A DNA stretch of 64,000 nucleotides from Candidatus Limnocylindrales bacterium (GTDB taxonomy: Bacteria; Chloroflexota; Limnocylindria; Limnocylindrales; CSP1-4), in the NCBI GenBank assembly GCA_050014975.1, contig JBEKCH010000006.1:4500-68499 (forward strand). The letters are read 5' to 3'. The position numbers were made by a program, and so were the translations under genes. The notes under the pieces are model-generated. The model made no database searches and was not told where the DNA came from. It was given only the letters and a program-made list of their open reading frames with translations. Every line of letters begins with the position of its first letter. The first letter of the stretch is position 1. This document shows positions 39,581 through 47,009 of the stretch, piece after piece.

Positions 39581-40861
39581 GTGAGTCGGGATTTCGTCGG
39601 CGCCCTCCTGCAGCTGAACGCTGAAAAGGGGGTCTCGCGAGAGCAGCTGATTCGGACCGTCGAGGAGGCGATCCAGTCGGCGTATCGACGCACTCCCGGC
39701 GACGAAGACGTGCACGTCCGGATCGACGGCGACTCCGGCAAGGTCCGGGTCTTCCGCGCCCGCCTGGTGGTCGAGGAGATCGAGGATCCGGCGACCCAGA
39801 TGAGCGTGGCCGACGCGCAGGCCCTCCAGCCCGGCGCGGAGCCGGGCGACCTGGTGGAGACGGAGCAGCTCGACCAGGAGGCCTTCGGCCGGATCCACGC
39901 CCAGACGGCCAAGCAGGTCGTCCTGCAGCGCCTGCACGAGGCCGAGCGCAACGTCGTCTTCGACCAGTACGCCAGCCGGGAAGGCGAGCTGATCACGGGG
40001 ACCGTCTCTCGCGTGGAGCCGCGGGCGATCGTTCTGGACGTGGGCAAGGCGGAGGCGATCCTCGCGACGACCGAGCAGTCGCCGCTCGAGCACTATCGCA
40101 TCGGCCAGAACGTCAAGGCCTTTGTCCTGGAAGTCCGTCGCACCGCCAAGGGGCCCCAGATCTACGTCAGCCGGACGCACAAGGGCTTCCTGCGCCGCCT
40201 CTTCGAGCTCGAGGTGCCCGAGATTCACGCCGGCACGGTGGAGATCAAGGCGATTGCCAGAGAGGCGGGGAGCCGCTCCAAGGTCGCCGTGGCTTCGCGC
40301 CAGCAGGGCCTGGACCCGGTGGGGGCGACGGTCGGCCAGCGTGGCGCGCGCGTCCAGGCCGTCGTGGCGGAGCTGGGCGGCGAGAAGATCGACGTCATCG
40401 AATGGTCCGAAGACGCCTCGACATTCGTGGCCAAGGCGCTGAGCCCGGCCCAGGTCATCGAGGTTCGGATAGACGAAGAACACCGCATCGCCAACGTCGT
40501 GGTGCCGGAACGGATGCTGTCGCTCGCGATCGGCCGGGAAGGCCAGAACGCTCGCCTGGCGGCCAAGCTGACCGGCTGGCGGATCGACATCCGTAGCGAC
40601 GTCTCGGTGGCCGAAGCGGCTCGAGCCGAGGCGGCTCTCGCGGCTGCGGCGGAGGCCGAGGCCAAAGTGCCTGCCGAGCCCGCGGCACCGTCAGAACCGG
40701 CCGCGCTCGTGTCCGCCGAGGCGGCCGCCGCAACCGAGCCGGCAGACGCGACCGACCCAGAAATCGCAGCCAAACCCAGGCGGCACAAGGCAGCCGTCGG
40801 GCCAGAGAAGATCGAGTCCGCCGTCGAATCGACGCCAATCACCGAGGAGGTGCCCTCGTAG
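39581..40861 (+). CDS. nusA: transcription termination/antitermination factor NusA
   Basis: 426 aa. N-terminal domain ([27 protein letters not shown]), S1 ([21 protein letters not shown]), KH1/KH2 ([46 protein letters not shown]), Ala/Glu-rich tail. Confidence 0.96.
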   Translation: MSRDFVGALLQLNAEKGVSREQLIRTVEEAIQSAYRRTPGDEDVHVRIDGDSGKVRVFRARLVVEEIEDPATQMSVADAQALQPGAEPGDLVETEQLDQEAFGRIHAQTAKQVVLQRLHEAERNVVFDQYASREGELITGTVSRVEPRAIVLDVGKAEAILATTEQSPLEHYRIGQNVKAFVLEVRRTAKGPQIYVSRTHKGFLRRLFELEVPEIHAGTVEIKAIAREAGSRSKVAVASRQQGLDPVGATVGQRGARVQAVVAELGGEKIDVIEWSEDASTFVAKALSPAQVIEVRIDEEHRIANVVVPERMLSLAIGREGQNARLAAKLTGWRIDIRSDVSVAEAARAEAALAAAAEAEAKVPAEPAAPSEPAALVSAEAAAATEPADATDPEIAAKPRRHKAAVGPEKIESAVESTPITEEVPS

Positions 40862-40902
40862 CCCGGGGCGCGCCGCCGCGGCGCTATCCGACCCGGTCGT
40901 GC

Positions 40903-41163
40903 GTGGTCTGCCGCTCTGCGCGGCAGAAGCGTGATTTGACGCGCGTCGTGCGGACGCCGGACGGACGGGTCGTCGTCGACCCGACGGGCAAGCTGCCCGG
41001 CCGCGGGGCATACGTATGTGAGTCGCAGGAGTGCCGCAGGGCGGCGCTGGACAAAGGATCACTCCAGCGAGCGCTGGATGTGCCGATCCCGGTGGAGCTC
41101 CGGGCCAAGCTGACAGGGGAGGCGAGCAGGATCGAAGGAGGAGTGAGTCGTGGCCAAGAGTAG
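40903..41163 (+). CDS. ylxR: YlxR-family (DUF448) RNA-binding protein; annotated start probably too far downstream
   Basis: [30 protein letters not shown] is typical of YlxR. The conserved R-x-C-x-x-C N-terminal motif (RSCVVCR) begins upstream of GTG 40903, in an open frame that has no ATG/GTG/TTG. Confidence 0.8.
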   Translation: MVCRSARQKRDLTRVVRTPDGRVVVDPTGKLPGRGAYVCESQECRRAALDKGSLQRALDVPIPVELRAKLTGEASRIEGGVSRGQE

Positions 41164-43057
41164 GAGCGGCACGCGGGGTCGTCGCGGTCCCCGCAAGCCG
41201 GTGCGCCGCGACGCGGGCGTACAGGTCGCGGCAGCCGTCGCCGATCCGCGAGAGCGGGGCGCCATCGAGCTGCCGGCGAGCATCACCGTCAAGGACCTGG
41301 CCGACCTCCTGGGCGTCAACCCCGCGGATGTGATCCGCGAGCTCATCAAAAGCGGCATCTTCGCCAACATAAACCAGGGCATCGATCGCGAGACGGCGTC
41401 GCTTGTGGCCGAGGAGCTCGGCTACGAAGTCGCGGAGGTGGCGGCGCCTCGTGCGGCGGCCAACGCCGACGGCTCGGTGCTCGAGGCCGCGCCCGTGAGC
41501 GCGGCCGCCAAGGAACAGCTGTACGTGGAGGACGAGGAGTCTCTCCTGCAGCCGCGCGCCCCGATCGTGACCGTAATGGGCCATGTAGACCACGGCAAGA
41601 CGTCGCTCCTGGACGCCATCCGGACCACGAAGGTCGCGGCCGGCGAGCGCGGCGGCATCACCCAGCACATCGGCGCCAGCGAAGTGGTCAAGGACGGCCG
41701 GCGCATCGTCTTCCTGGACACGCCGGGCCACGAGGCGTTCACGGCCATGCGCGCCCGTGGCGCCAAGGTCACCGACATCGCCGTCGTCGTGGTGGCCGCG
41801 GACGACGGCGTCATGCCCCAGACCCTCGAGGCGATCGATCACGCCCGCGCGGCCAGGGTGCCGATCGTCATCGCCCTCAACAAGATGGACAAGCCGGACG
41901 CCAATCCCGACCGCGTCAAGAACGGCCTGGCGGAAGCGGGCGTCGTGGTCGAGGAGTACGGCGGCGACGTACCGATGGTGCCGGTTTCGGCCAAGGCTCG
42001 CACGGGCCTGGACGAGCTGCTGGAGATGATCAACCTGGTCGCCGATCTGCAGGAGCTCAAGGCCAACCCGAAACGCCCCGCCGTCGGCACAATCGTCGAG
42101 GCGGAGCTGGACAAGGGACGCGGCCCGGTGGCGACGGCCCTGGTCCAGACGGGCACCCTGCGAGTCGGCGACGTCATCGTCGTCGGCGAGACCTACGGCA
42201 AGGTCCGCGCTCTCGAGAACGCTCTCGGCAAGCGCATTACCAAGGCCGGTCCTTCGAGCCCGGCGGTGGTGCTGGGCCTCGCCGACGTGCCTCAGGCCGG
42301 CGACATCCTACGCGTGGTGGCCGACGAGAAGACGGCACGGACCATGGTCGAGGAGCGCAAAGCCGCCTCTGCGGCCCGCTCGGAGGGAAGCGGCCGCGCC
42401 ACGCTGGAGGACCTGTACGCCCAGATCCAGGCCGGTCAGACGAAGGAGCTGCGGATCATCCTGAAGACCGACGTCTCGGGTTCCCTGGGCGCGATCACCC
42501 ACGCCCTGCAGCAGCTCTCCACGGACGAGGTCCGTATCAACGTCCTGCACGAAGCCGCGGGCGACGTGACCGACAACGACATCATGCTCGCCGCGGCGTC
42601 CGACGCGATCGTGGTGGCCTTCAACACGAAGGTAACCGACACCGCCAGGCGGGCGGCCGAGTCCGAGAAGGTCGACGTCCGCCTGTACGACATCATCTAC
42701 AAGCTCACCGACGATATTTCGGCGGCGCTCCGCGGCATGCTAGAGCCGGAGCAGGTGGAGAGCGTCGAAGGTCGAGCGGAAGTCCGGCAGATCTTCAGGG
42801 TCGGCAAGGTCGCGGTCATCGCGGGCTGTTACGTCACCGACGGACGGATCGTCCGCGGCGGCGGGGCTCGCGTCTGGCGTGGCGGCAAGGTGATCGTCAC
42901 CGACAAGATCGAGTCGCTGCGGCGCTTCCGCGACGATGTCCGAGAGGTCGCCATGAACTTCGAGTGCGGCATCGGCCTGGCCGGATCGAACGACCTGGTG
43001 GAAGGTGACGTCATCGAGTGCTTCACCCAGCAGATGGTGAGCCGGGCGGCGGGTTGA
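41150..43057 (+). CDS. infB: translation initiation factor IF-2
   Basis: 635 aa. G domain [28 protein letters not shown]. Conserved C-terminal domains. Short N-terminal region. Confidence 0.97.
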   Translation: MAKSRSGTRGRRGPRKPVRRDAGVQVAAAVADPRERGAIELPASITVKDLADLLGVNPADVIRELIKSGIFANINQGIDRETASLVAEELGYEVAEVAAPRAAANADGSVLEAAPVSAAAKEQLYVEDEESLLQPRAPIVTVMGHVDHGKTSLLDAIRTTKVAAGERGGITQHIGASEVVKDGRRIVFLDTPGHEAFTAMRARGAKVTDIAVVVVAADDGVMPQTLEAIDHARAARVPIVIALNKMDKPDANPDRVKNGLAEAGVVVEEYGGDVPMVPVSAKARTGLDELLEMINLVADLQELKANPKRPAVGTIVEAELDKGRGPVATALVQTGTLRVGDVIVVGETYGKVRALENALGKRITKAGPSSPAVVLGLADVPQAGDILRVVADEKTARTMVEERKAASAARSEGSGRATLEDLYAQIQAGQTKELRIILKTDVSGSLGAITHALQQLSTDEVRINVLHEAAGDVTDNDIMLAAASDAIVVAFNTKVTDTARRAAESEKVDVRLYDIIYKLTDDISAALRGMLEPEQVESVEGRAEVRQIFRVGKVAVIAGCYVTDGRIVRGGGARVWRGGKVIVTDKIESLRRFRDDVREVAMNFECGIGLAGSNDLVEGDVIECFTQQMVSRAAG

Positions 43058-43100
43058 TCTGCCGCCGCAACTCCTGCCGGAGTGGGAGTAGCCGAGCCCG

Positions 43101-43637
43101 ATGAGCCAGCGAACCGAACGCATCGACGAGCTTCTCCGCCAGGAGATCGGCCGAGCGCTGGAGCGTGAGCTGGCGGATCCGGGAATCGGCTTCGTCACCG
43201 TGACCGATGTCGAGACGAGCGCGGATCTTGCGCACGCGCGCGTCTGGGTCAGCGTCATCGGGTCCGAGGAGCAGCGCCGGGAAACGCTGGCAGCCCTGCG
43301 TCGGGCAATGCCCTACGTGCGGCACAGCCTCAACTCCAAGATTCGGTTGCGCCGCATCCCCGAGCTGGACGTCCGGCTCGACGATTCGGTCGAGCGCGGG
43401 ACGCGCGTGCTCCACCTGCTCAACGAGCTGGAGGCCGGGCGCGACCCGGACGCTGCCGCGGCCCCGCTGGAGTCGCTGCCGACGCCGGTTCCACGTCTGC
43501 CGCACGAGGGAGACGCGCCCGATCTGGAGGTCCCGCGGCCGCCGTCGCCCGGCGGAAGGCCACGGCCGAGGAAGCGGACGGGCTCGAAGCCCGGCGCGAA
43601 GACGGCCCGAGGCAGCGCCCGCCGGAGCTCACGATGA
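43101..43637 (+). CDS. rbfA: ribosome-binding factor A
   Basis: 178 aa. RTERIDELLRQEIGRAL, VTVTDVETSADLAHARVWVS. Pro/Arg-rich C-terminal extension of about 60 aa. Confidence 0.9.
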   Translation: MSQRTERIDELLRQEIGRALERELADPGIGFVTVTDVETSADLAHARVWVSVIGSEEQRRETLAALRRAMPYVRHSLNSKIRLRRIPELDVRLDDSVERGTRVLHLLNELEAGRDPDAAAAPLESLPTPVPRLPHEGDAPDLEVPRPPSPGGRPRPRKRTGSKPGAKTARGSARRSSR

Positions 43638-44671
43638 ACCCCGATCCGAGGGTCGATCTCTCCGCTTACGCGGCTGCGGTCCCGGACGAGGTCATCGGGC
43701 GACTGAGGGCGGGGCGGCGGGTTCTCACGATCTGCCACGAGAATCCGGAGGCGGACGCGCTGGGCTCGGCGCTGGCCATCGCCCTCCTTGTCGAAGCGGG
43801 TGGGGGAGTGGCCACGCCTGTGTGCGCGGATCCGATGCCGGCGATGTACGACTTCCTGCCGGGCATGGACCGATTCCGCCAGGGGCCGGCTCCGGAGATC
43901 GCCTACGACCTGCTGGTCGTGGGGGATTGCGGCGAGCTGGAGCGGATCGGGCCGGTGCTTGATTCGCACCGCGACCTGTTCGAGCGCGTGCCCATACTCG
44001 ACATCGATCACCACGTGTCCAACCGGCATTTTGGTGCCTTCGACTGGGTGGACCCGCACAGCTCCGCCACGTGCGAGATGGTGACACTGCTGGCCTGGCG
44101 AATGGGCGTTCCCCTCACGGCCGCCGACGGGATGCTGGCCACGGCTCTGGCAGCGGGCGTGGTCATGGACACCGGCAACTTCCAGCACCCCAACACGACG
44201 CCGCGGACTCTGGTCGTGGCCGCGGCGTTGCGCGAGGCGGGGGCGCCGCTCAGCGAGATCGCCCGCCGGGTGTACCGCACCAAGCCCAATAGCCAGCTCA
44301 TTCTCTTCGGCCGCGTGCTCTCGCGTCTCGAGTCGGACTGCGACGGCCGGCTCGTCTGGTCCACGCTGGAACAGGCCGATCTGGCCGCGGCCGGTGCCAG
44401 CTCGGCGGAGTCCGAGGGCCTGATCGACATGCTCGCCCAGGCTCGGGACGCCCAAGTGGCGGTGCTCTTCAAGGGGGAGGGCGAGGTCACACGGATCAGC
44501 GTTCGCACGCGCGAGGGCGTGGACGCGACGGTCCTGACGCGTACGTTCGGTGGGGGTGGTCACGCTCGCGCCGCGGGAGCCAGCGTCTATCTACCGCGGT
44601 GGGAGGCACGCCGCATGGTGCTGGCCCGAGCCGCGGAGCTCATCGAGGCGAACGGACCGATCCCGGGATGA
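43634..44671 (+). CDS. nrnA: DHH/DHHA1 phosphoesterase (NrnA/CnpB-like nanoRNase / pAp phosphatase)
   Basis: 345 aa. DHH motifs ICHENPEADALGSALA, LLVVGDCG, LDIDHHVSN. DHHA1 motif GGGGHARAAG. Same slot as the DHH gene after rbfA in actinobacteria. Confidence 0.86.
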   Translation: MNPDPRVDLSAYAAAVPDEVIGRLRAGRRVLTICHENPEADALGSALAIALLVEAGGGVATPVCADPMPAMYDFLPGMDRFRQGPAPEIAYDLLVVGDCGELERIGPVLDSHRDLFERVPILDIDHHVSNRHFGAFDWVDPHSSATCEMVTLLAWRMGVPLTAADGMLATALAAGVVMDTGNFQHPNTTPRTLVVAAALREAGAPLSEIARRVYRTKPNSQLILFGRVLSRLESDCDGRLVWSTLEQADLAAAGASSAESEGLIDMLAQARDAQVAVLFKGEGEVTRISVRTREGVDATVLTRTFGGGGHARAAGASVYLPRWEARRMVLARAAELIEANGPIPG

Positions 44672-46509
44672 GTGCCTCGGGCCGCGCCACCGAGCGGGGC
44701 ATCGACGGCATCCTGGTACTGTCGAAGCCGTCCGGGCCCACGTCGCACGATATGGTGGGTCTGGTCCGGCGACTCAGCGGCACACGACGAGTCGGGCACG
44801 GTGGGACGCTCGATCCGTTCGCCGCGGGTGTGCTGCCGGTCTTCCTCGGTCTGGCGACGCGTGTGGTCGAGTACCACATGGGCGACGACAAGGCCTACCG
44901 CGCCACGGTCTGCTTCGGCGCAAGGTCCGCCACCGATGATCGCGACGGCGAGCTCGTTCCGAGCGGCCGTCCGGGGCCCACGCGCGAGCTCGTCGAGCAG
45001 GCGCTGGCCGCCTTCTGCGGCTCGATCGAGCAACGGCCGCCGGCGTTCAGCGCCATCAAGGTCGGTGGCCGGCGCGCCTACCAGCTCGCCCGCCAGGGGG
45101 TGGCGCCGGAGCTCGCTCCCCGCACCGTGAAGATCAACCGGCTCGAGCTCGTGGAGTGGGACGGCTCATACCCGGAGCGGCCTGCGGCCGTGCTGGAGGT
45201 GGAGTGCGGCGCCGGCACCTACATTCGCTCGCTTGCCCGCGACCTCGGTGAGCAGCTGGGGTGCGGCGCCTACCTGGGCGCGCTGACTCGCACCCGAAGC
45301 GGCCCCTTCCCACTGGAGACCGCCCACGATCTCGATGCCGTGCGCGCCGCGGCCGCCGCCGGGCCGTCGTTCCTGGCGGCCCTGACGCTCCCCATCGATG
45401 CGGGCCTGGAGGGGCTGCCCATCGCCCCTCTGACAAGCGATGAAGTCATCGCCGCCGCCCGCGGCCAGCAGGTTCGGCCGGCGCAGCGCCCTCACCTGGA
45501 GCAGGGCGCCACGGTCAGGCTCACCGACCCGGGCGAAAGCCTCGTGGGCATCGGGTCGTGGCGAGCGGGCCGGATCGTGCCCCAGAAGATGTTCGTGCCG
45601 CCCCTGCCCGCTCAGGGAGGCGGCGCAGGCGAGGCCGTCGCGGCGGTGGAGGGCGGCGAGCACGTGGAGCCGCCGCTCTGGTACGCCCGCGCCGGCGTTC
45701 CACACGAGGTCGTGCCCGGGGTGGACGCGCTGCGTCGCGAGACGGGCCGGCTGTACGTTGCCATCGGCGTCTTCGACGGTCTGCATCGCGGGCACCTGTA
45801 CTTGCTTCGGGAACTGCGCCACGCTGCGGCGCGGGCGGCCGCCCGGCCGGCCGTCATCACATTCGACGCCCACCCCGAGGAGGTCGTCGCCGGCCTGGCT
45901 CCGGCGTTGCTGTGCGATCCAGACGAGCGGCTGGTGCGACTGGCGGCCGCGGGGGCGGAGGTGACCGTGGTCCAGCACTTCGATCACTCGCTCCGTATGA
46001 CCAGCTACGGGGACTTCGTGGAACGTATTCGAAGCCACGTGGAGCTGGCCGGATTCGTCATGACCCCGGATGCCGCCTTCGGCCGCGACCGCCGGGGCAC
46101 GCCGGAGGCCCTGACGCAGCTGGGGAAGGAGGCCGGCTTCGAGGTCACGGTCGTTCACTCGCTGCTGCTCGACGGCGAACAGGTTCGCAGCTCGGAGATC
46201 CGAAGGCGGATCGTGGCCGGGGATCTGGCAGCGGCACGGCGGATGCTCGGCCGGCCGCTGTCGGTCACCGGTACTGTCGTGGCCGAGCCGCGCCCTCTCC
46301 AGGCGGCGCAGCTTCGCTTCGAGGTTCCAGTCGTCCTTCCGCCACCGGGTCGCTACGCGGTCATGATCGGGCCGCCGTGGCAGACCGGTTCACCGGCTGC
46401 CCGTGCCGATCGAGCCAGCGCCGCGGTCGTGGACGAGGGGGGTCTGTGGTTGGAGGACATCCTCGGCGGCGAGCAGCCGGATCGCCTGAGGGTCGTTTTC
46501 GTCGATTGA
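44668..46509 (+). CDS. truB: tRNA pseudouridine-55 synthase TruB fused in frame to a RibF-like FAD synthetase
   Basis: Start at ATG 44668 (ATGA overlap with nrnA). 613 aa with no stop between halves. TruB half: GILVLSKPSGPTSHD, GHGGTLDPFAAGVLPV, PPAFSAIKVGGRRAY, PUA-like end. RibF half: VAIGVFDGLHRGHLYL, VITFDAHPEE. The last 110 aa or so lack the riboflavin-kinase G-x-x-x-GR-x-LGFPTAN block. Confidence 0.88.
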   Translation: MSASGRATERGIDGILVLSKPSGPTSHDMVGLVRRLSGTRRVGHGGTLDPFAAGVLPVFLGLATRVVEYHMGDDKAYRATVCFGARSATDDRDGELVPSGRPGPTRELVEQALAAFCGSIEQRPPAFSAIKVGGRRAYQLARQGVAPELAPRTVKINRLELVEWDGSYPERPAAVLEVECGAGTYIRSLARDLGEQLGCGAYLGALTRTRSGPFPLETAHDLDAVRAAAAAGPSFLAALTLPIDAGLEGLPIAPLTSDEVIAAARGQQVRPAQRPHLEQGATVRLTDPGESLVGIGSWRAGRIVPQKMFVPPLPAQGGGAGEAVAAVEGGEHVEPPLWYARAGVPHEVVPGVDALRRETGRLYVAIGVFDGLHRGHLYLLRELRHAAARAAARPAVITFDAHPEEVVAGLAPALLCDPDERLVRLAAAGAEVTVVQHFDHSLRMTSYGDFVERIRSHVELAGFVMTPDAAFGRDRRGTPEALTQLGKEAGFEVTVVHSLLLDGEQVRSSEIRRRIVAGDLAAARRMLGRPLSVTGTVVAEPRPLQAAQLRFEVPVVLPPPGRYAVMIGPPWQTGSPAARADRASAAVVDEGGLWLEDILGGEQPDRLRVVFVD

Positions 46510-46575
46510 CCCGTGGCCCGGGCTCGGATCCGGCTGGCACTACCCACCGAACCCTGCTACCATCCGCCAGGCATT

Positions 46576-46610
46576 TAGAGAGATAGGAAACCCACGTTCT
46601 AGAGAGCTAG
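46576..46610 (+). repeat. 11-nt direct repeat pair in an AT-richer island upstream of rpsO
   Basis: TAGAGAGATAG (46576-46586) and TAGAGAGCTAG (46600-46610), just upstream of the rpsO SD GGAGG (46613-46617). Confidence 0.75.
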
Positions 46611-46622
46611 TCGGAGGATCGT

Positions 46623-46892
46623 GTGCCGCTCGCGCGGGAAGCGAAGGAACAGGTGATCTCGGATTACGCCGTACACGACGGCGACACTGGCTCCGCAGAG
46701 GTGCAGATCGCGCTCCTCACCGAAAGGATCAAGGAGCTCACGGAGCACCTGCGAAGCTTTCCGAAGGACAACCAGTCCCGCCGCGGCCTCCTCAAGCTCG
46801 TCGGACAGCGGCGGCGCCTTCTTGCCTACCTGATCAAGAAGGACAACGCTCGCTATCGCGCCGTCATCGCACGGCTCGGACTGCGCCGCTAA
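46623..46892 (+). CDS. rpsO: 30S ribosomal protein S15
   Basis: 89 aa. [50 protein letters not shown] upstream. Confidence 0.96.
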   Translation: MPLAREAKEQVISDYAVHDGDTGSAEVQIALLTERIKELTEHLRSFPKDNQSRRGLLKLVGQRRRLLAYLIKKDNARYRAVIARLGLRR

Positions 46893-46981
46893 GCGCTGCA
46901 ACCCTGGCGCAGGGCAGAGACCTCGCGCCGGCGCACCCTTGGCGCGGAGCACGTCCAGGCGAGTTACGGAACACCATCCGG

Positions 46982-46998
46982 CCTCCTGGCTCAGGAGG
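46982..46998 (+). promoter_or_regulatory. Shine-Dalgarno-sequestering hairpin in the pnp leader
   Basis: CCTCCTG (46982-46988), loop GCT, CAGGAGG (46992-46998). The 3' arm is the only SD-like sequence before the pnp GTG at 47010. Confidence 0.4.
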
Positions 46999-47009
46999 AA
47001 TACAAACCC

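Noticed and set aside
37349-40483. 1044-aa minus-strand ORF, the longest in the track after smc
   Set aside because: It runs antisense to proS, the small membrane protein and nusA, all of which carry clear family motifs. Its translation is Arg/Gly/Ala/Pro-rich low-complexity sequence. This is the typical stop-poor antisense frame of GC-rich DNA.
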